DNA of 63,409 nucleotides, counting the filler, from Octopus bimaculoides (taxonomy: Eukaryota): assembly GCF_001194135.2 (NCBI RefSeq). It is 5 parts of 5 records of this genome, joined end to end, with 100 filler letters (N's around TTAATTAATTAA, not from the genome) between each part and the next. Parts side by side here need not be neighbours in the genome. Positions count along the whole stretch, not along the records: positions 60,009 to 63,409 come from NW_026308171.1; 4 more parts are not named here. One strand, 5' to 3'. Below, in pieces: positions 63,047 to 63,409 of the stretch. The position numbers and the translations under genes are program-made. Position 1 is the first letter of the stretch, and each line of letters begins with the position of its first letter. Under the pieces are notes generated by a model that saw only the letters and a list, made by a program, of their open reading frames with translations, did no database searches and was not told the DNA's origin.

Positions 63047-63409
63047 TATAAATATTAAAGCTTTATGATTAAAAGCAACAAAGAAGCTAAGATAAACGTA
63101 ACATCTTTTAATCTATTGACTGTAGCAAATGGCTTTACACCGAAGTCAGCATAATTAACTTAGCGTTAGTCGTGATATCAAGCTTTATTAATAGTCACGA
63201 GCTATTACGCAGAAATGCTCCTGTTACAGTTGGCTGCTCTTTTGAGTTTATTGTTTTTTATACAGAATACATGTCTTGATTTCTTTATCTTTGGTGCTCA
63301 ACTGTTTGAATCTTCATCATTTAAGTTGTGCTATGCTATTTTTTCTTTTTTGCTTTTGTCTTTCATCCACTTCTAGTTTCTATATACCTGCGTGTATATA
63401 TATATATAT

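Overview
AT-rich, microsatellite-saturated eukaryotic draft sequence with many N gaps. The SINE families and repeat content resemble an octopus/coleoid cephalopod genome; this is recognition-based inference, not a database result. I find no confidently identifiable host gene, and almost all track ORFs are microsatellite or N artefacts. The window is mostly retroelement and transposon debris: a near-complete Penelope-like element (RT plus GIY-YIG) at 12.9-14.2 kb, an RTE-type LINE 3' end, two mariner-family transposase relics (one with DD41D spacing), two short TG..CA solo-LTR-like inserts, a MITE, a foldback inverted repeat and dozens of tRNA-derived SINE copies. The most interesting object is a 1.18-kb element at 6779-7957 with a perfect 14-bp target-site duplication. 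Its left inverted arm reads tRNA-like Pol III head, (TAA)n, then a minimal hammerhead ribozyme; the right arm keeps only the repeat run and a mutated hammerhead. It looks like a Penelope-type, ribozyme-tailed non-autonomous element. A second hammerhead-like core lies just downstream of the Penelope ORF. Four identical N44-TTAATTAATTAA-N44 linkers probably mark scaffold joins, so adjacency across them is uncertain.
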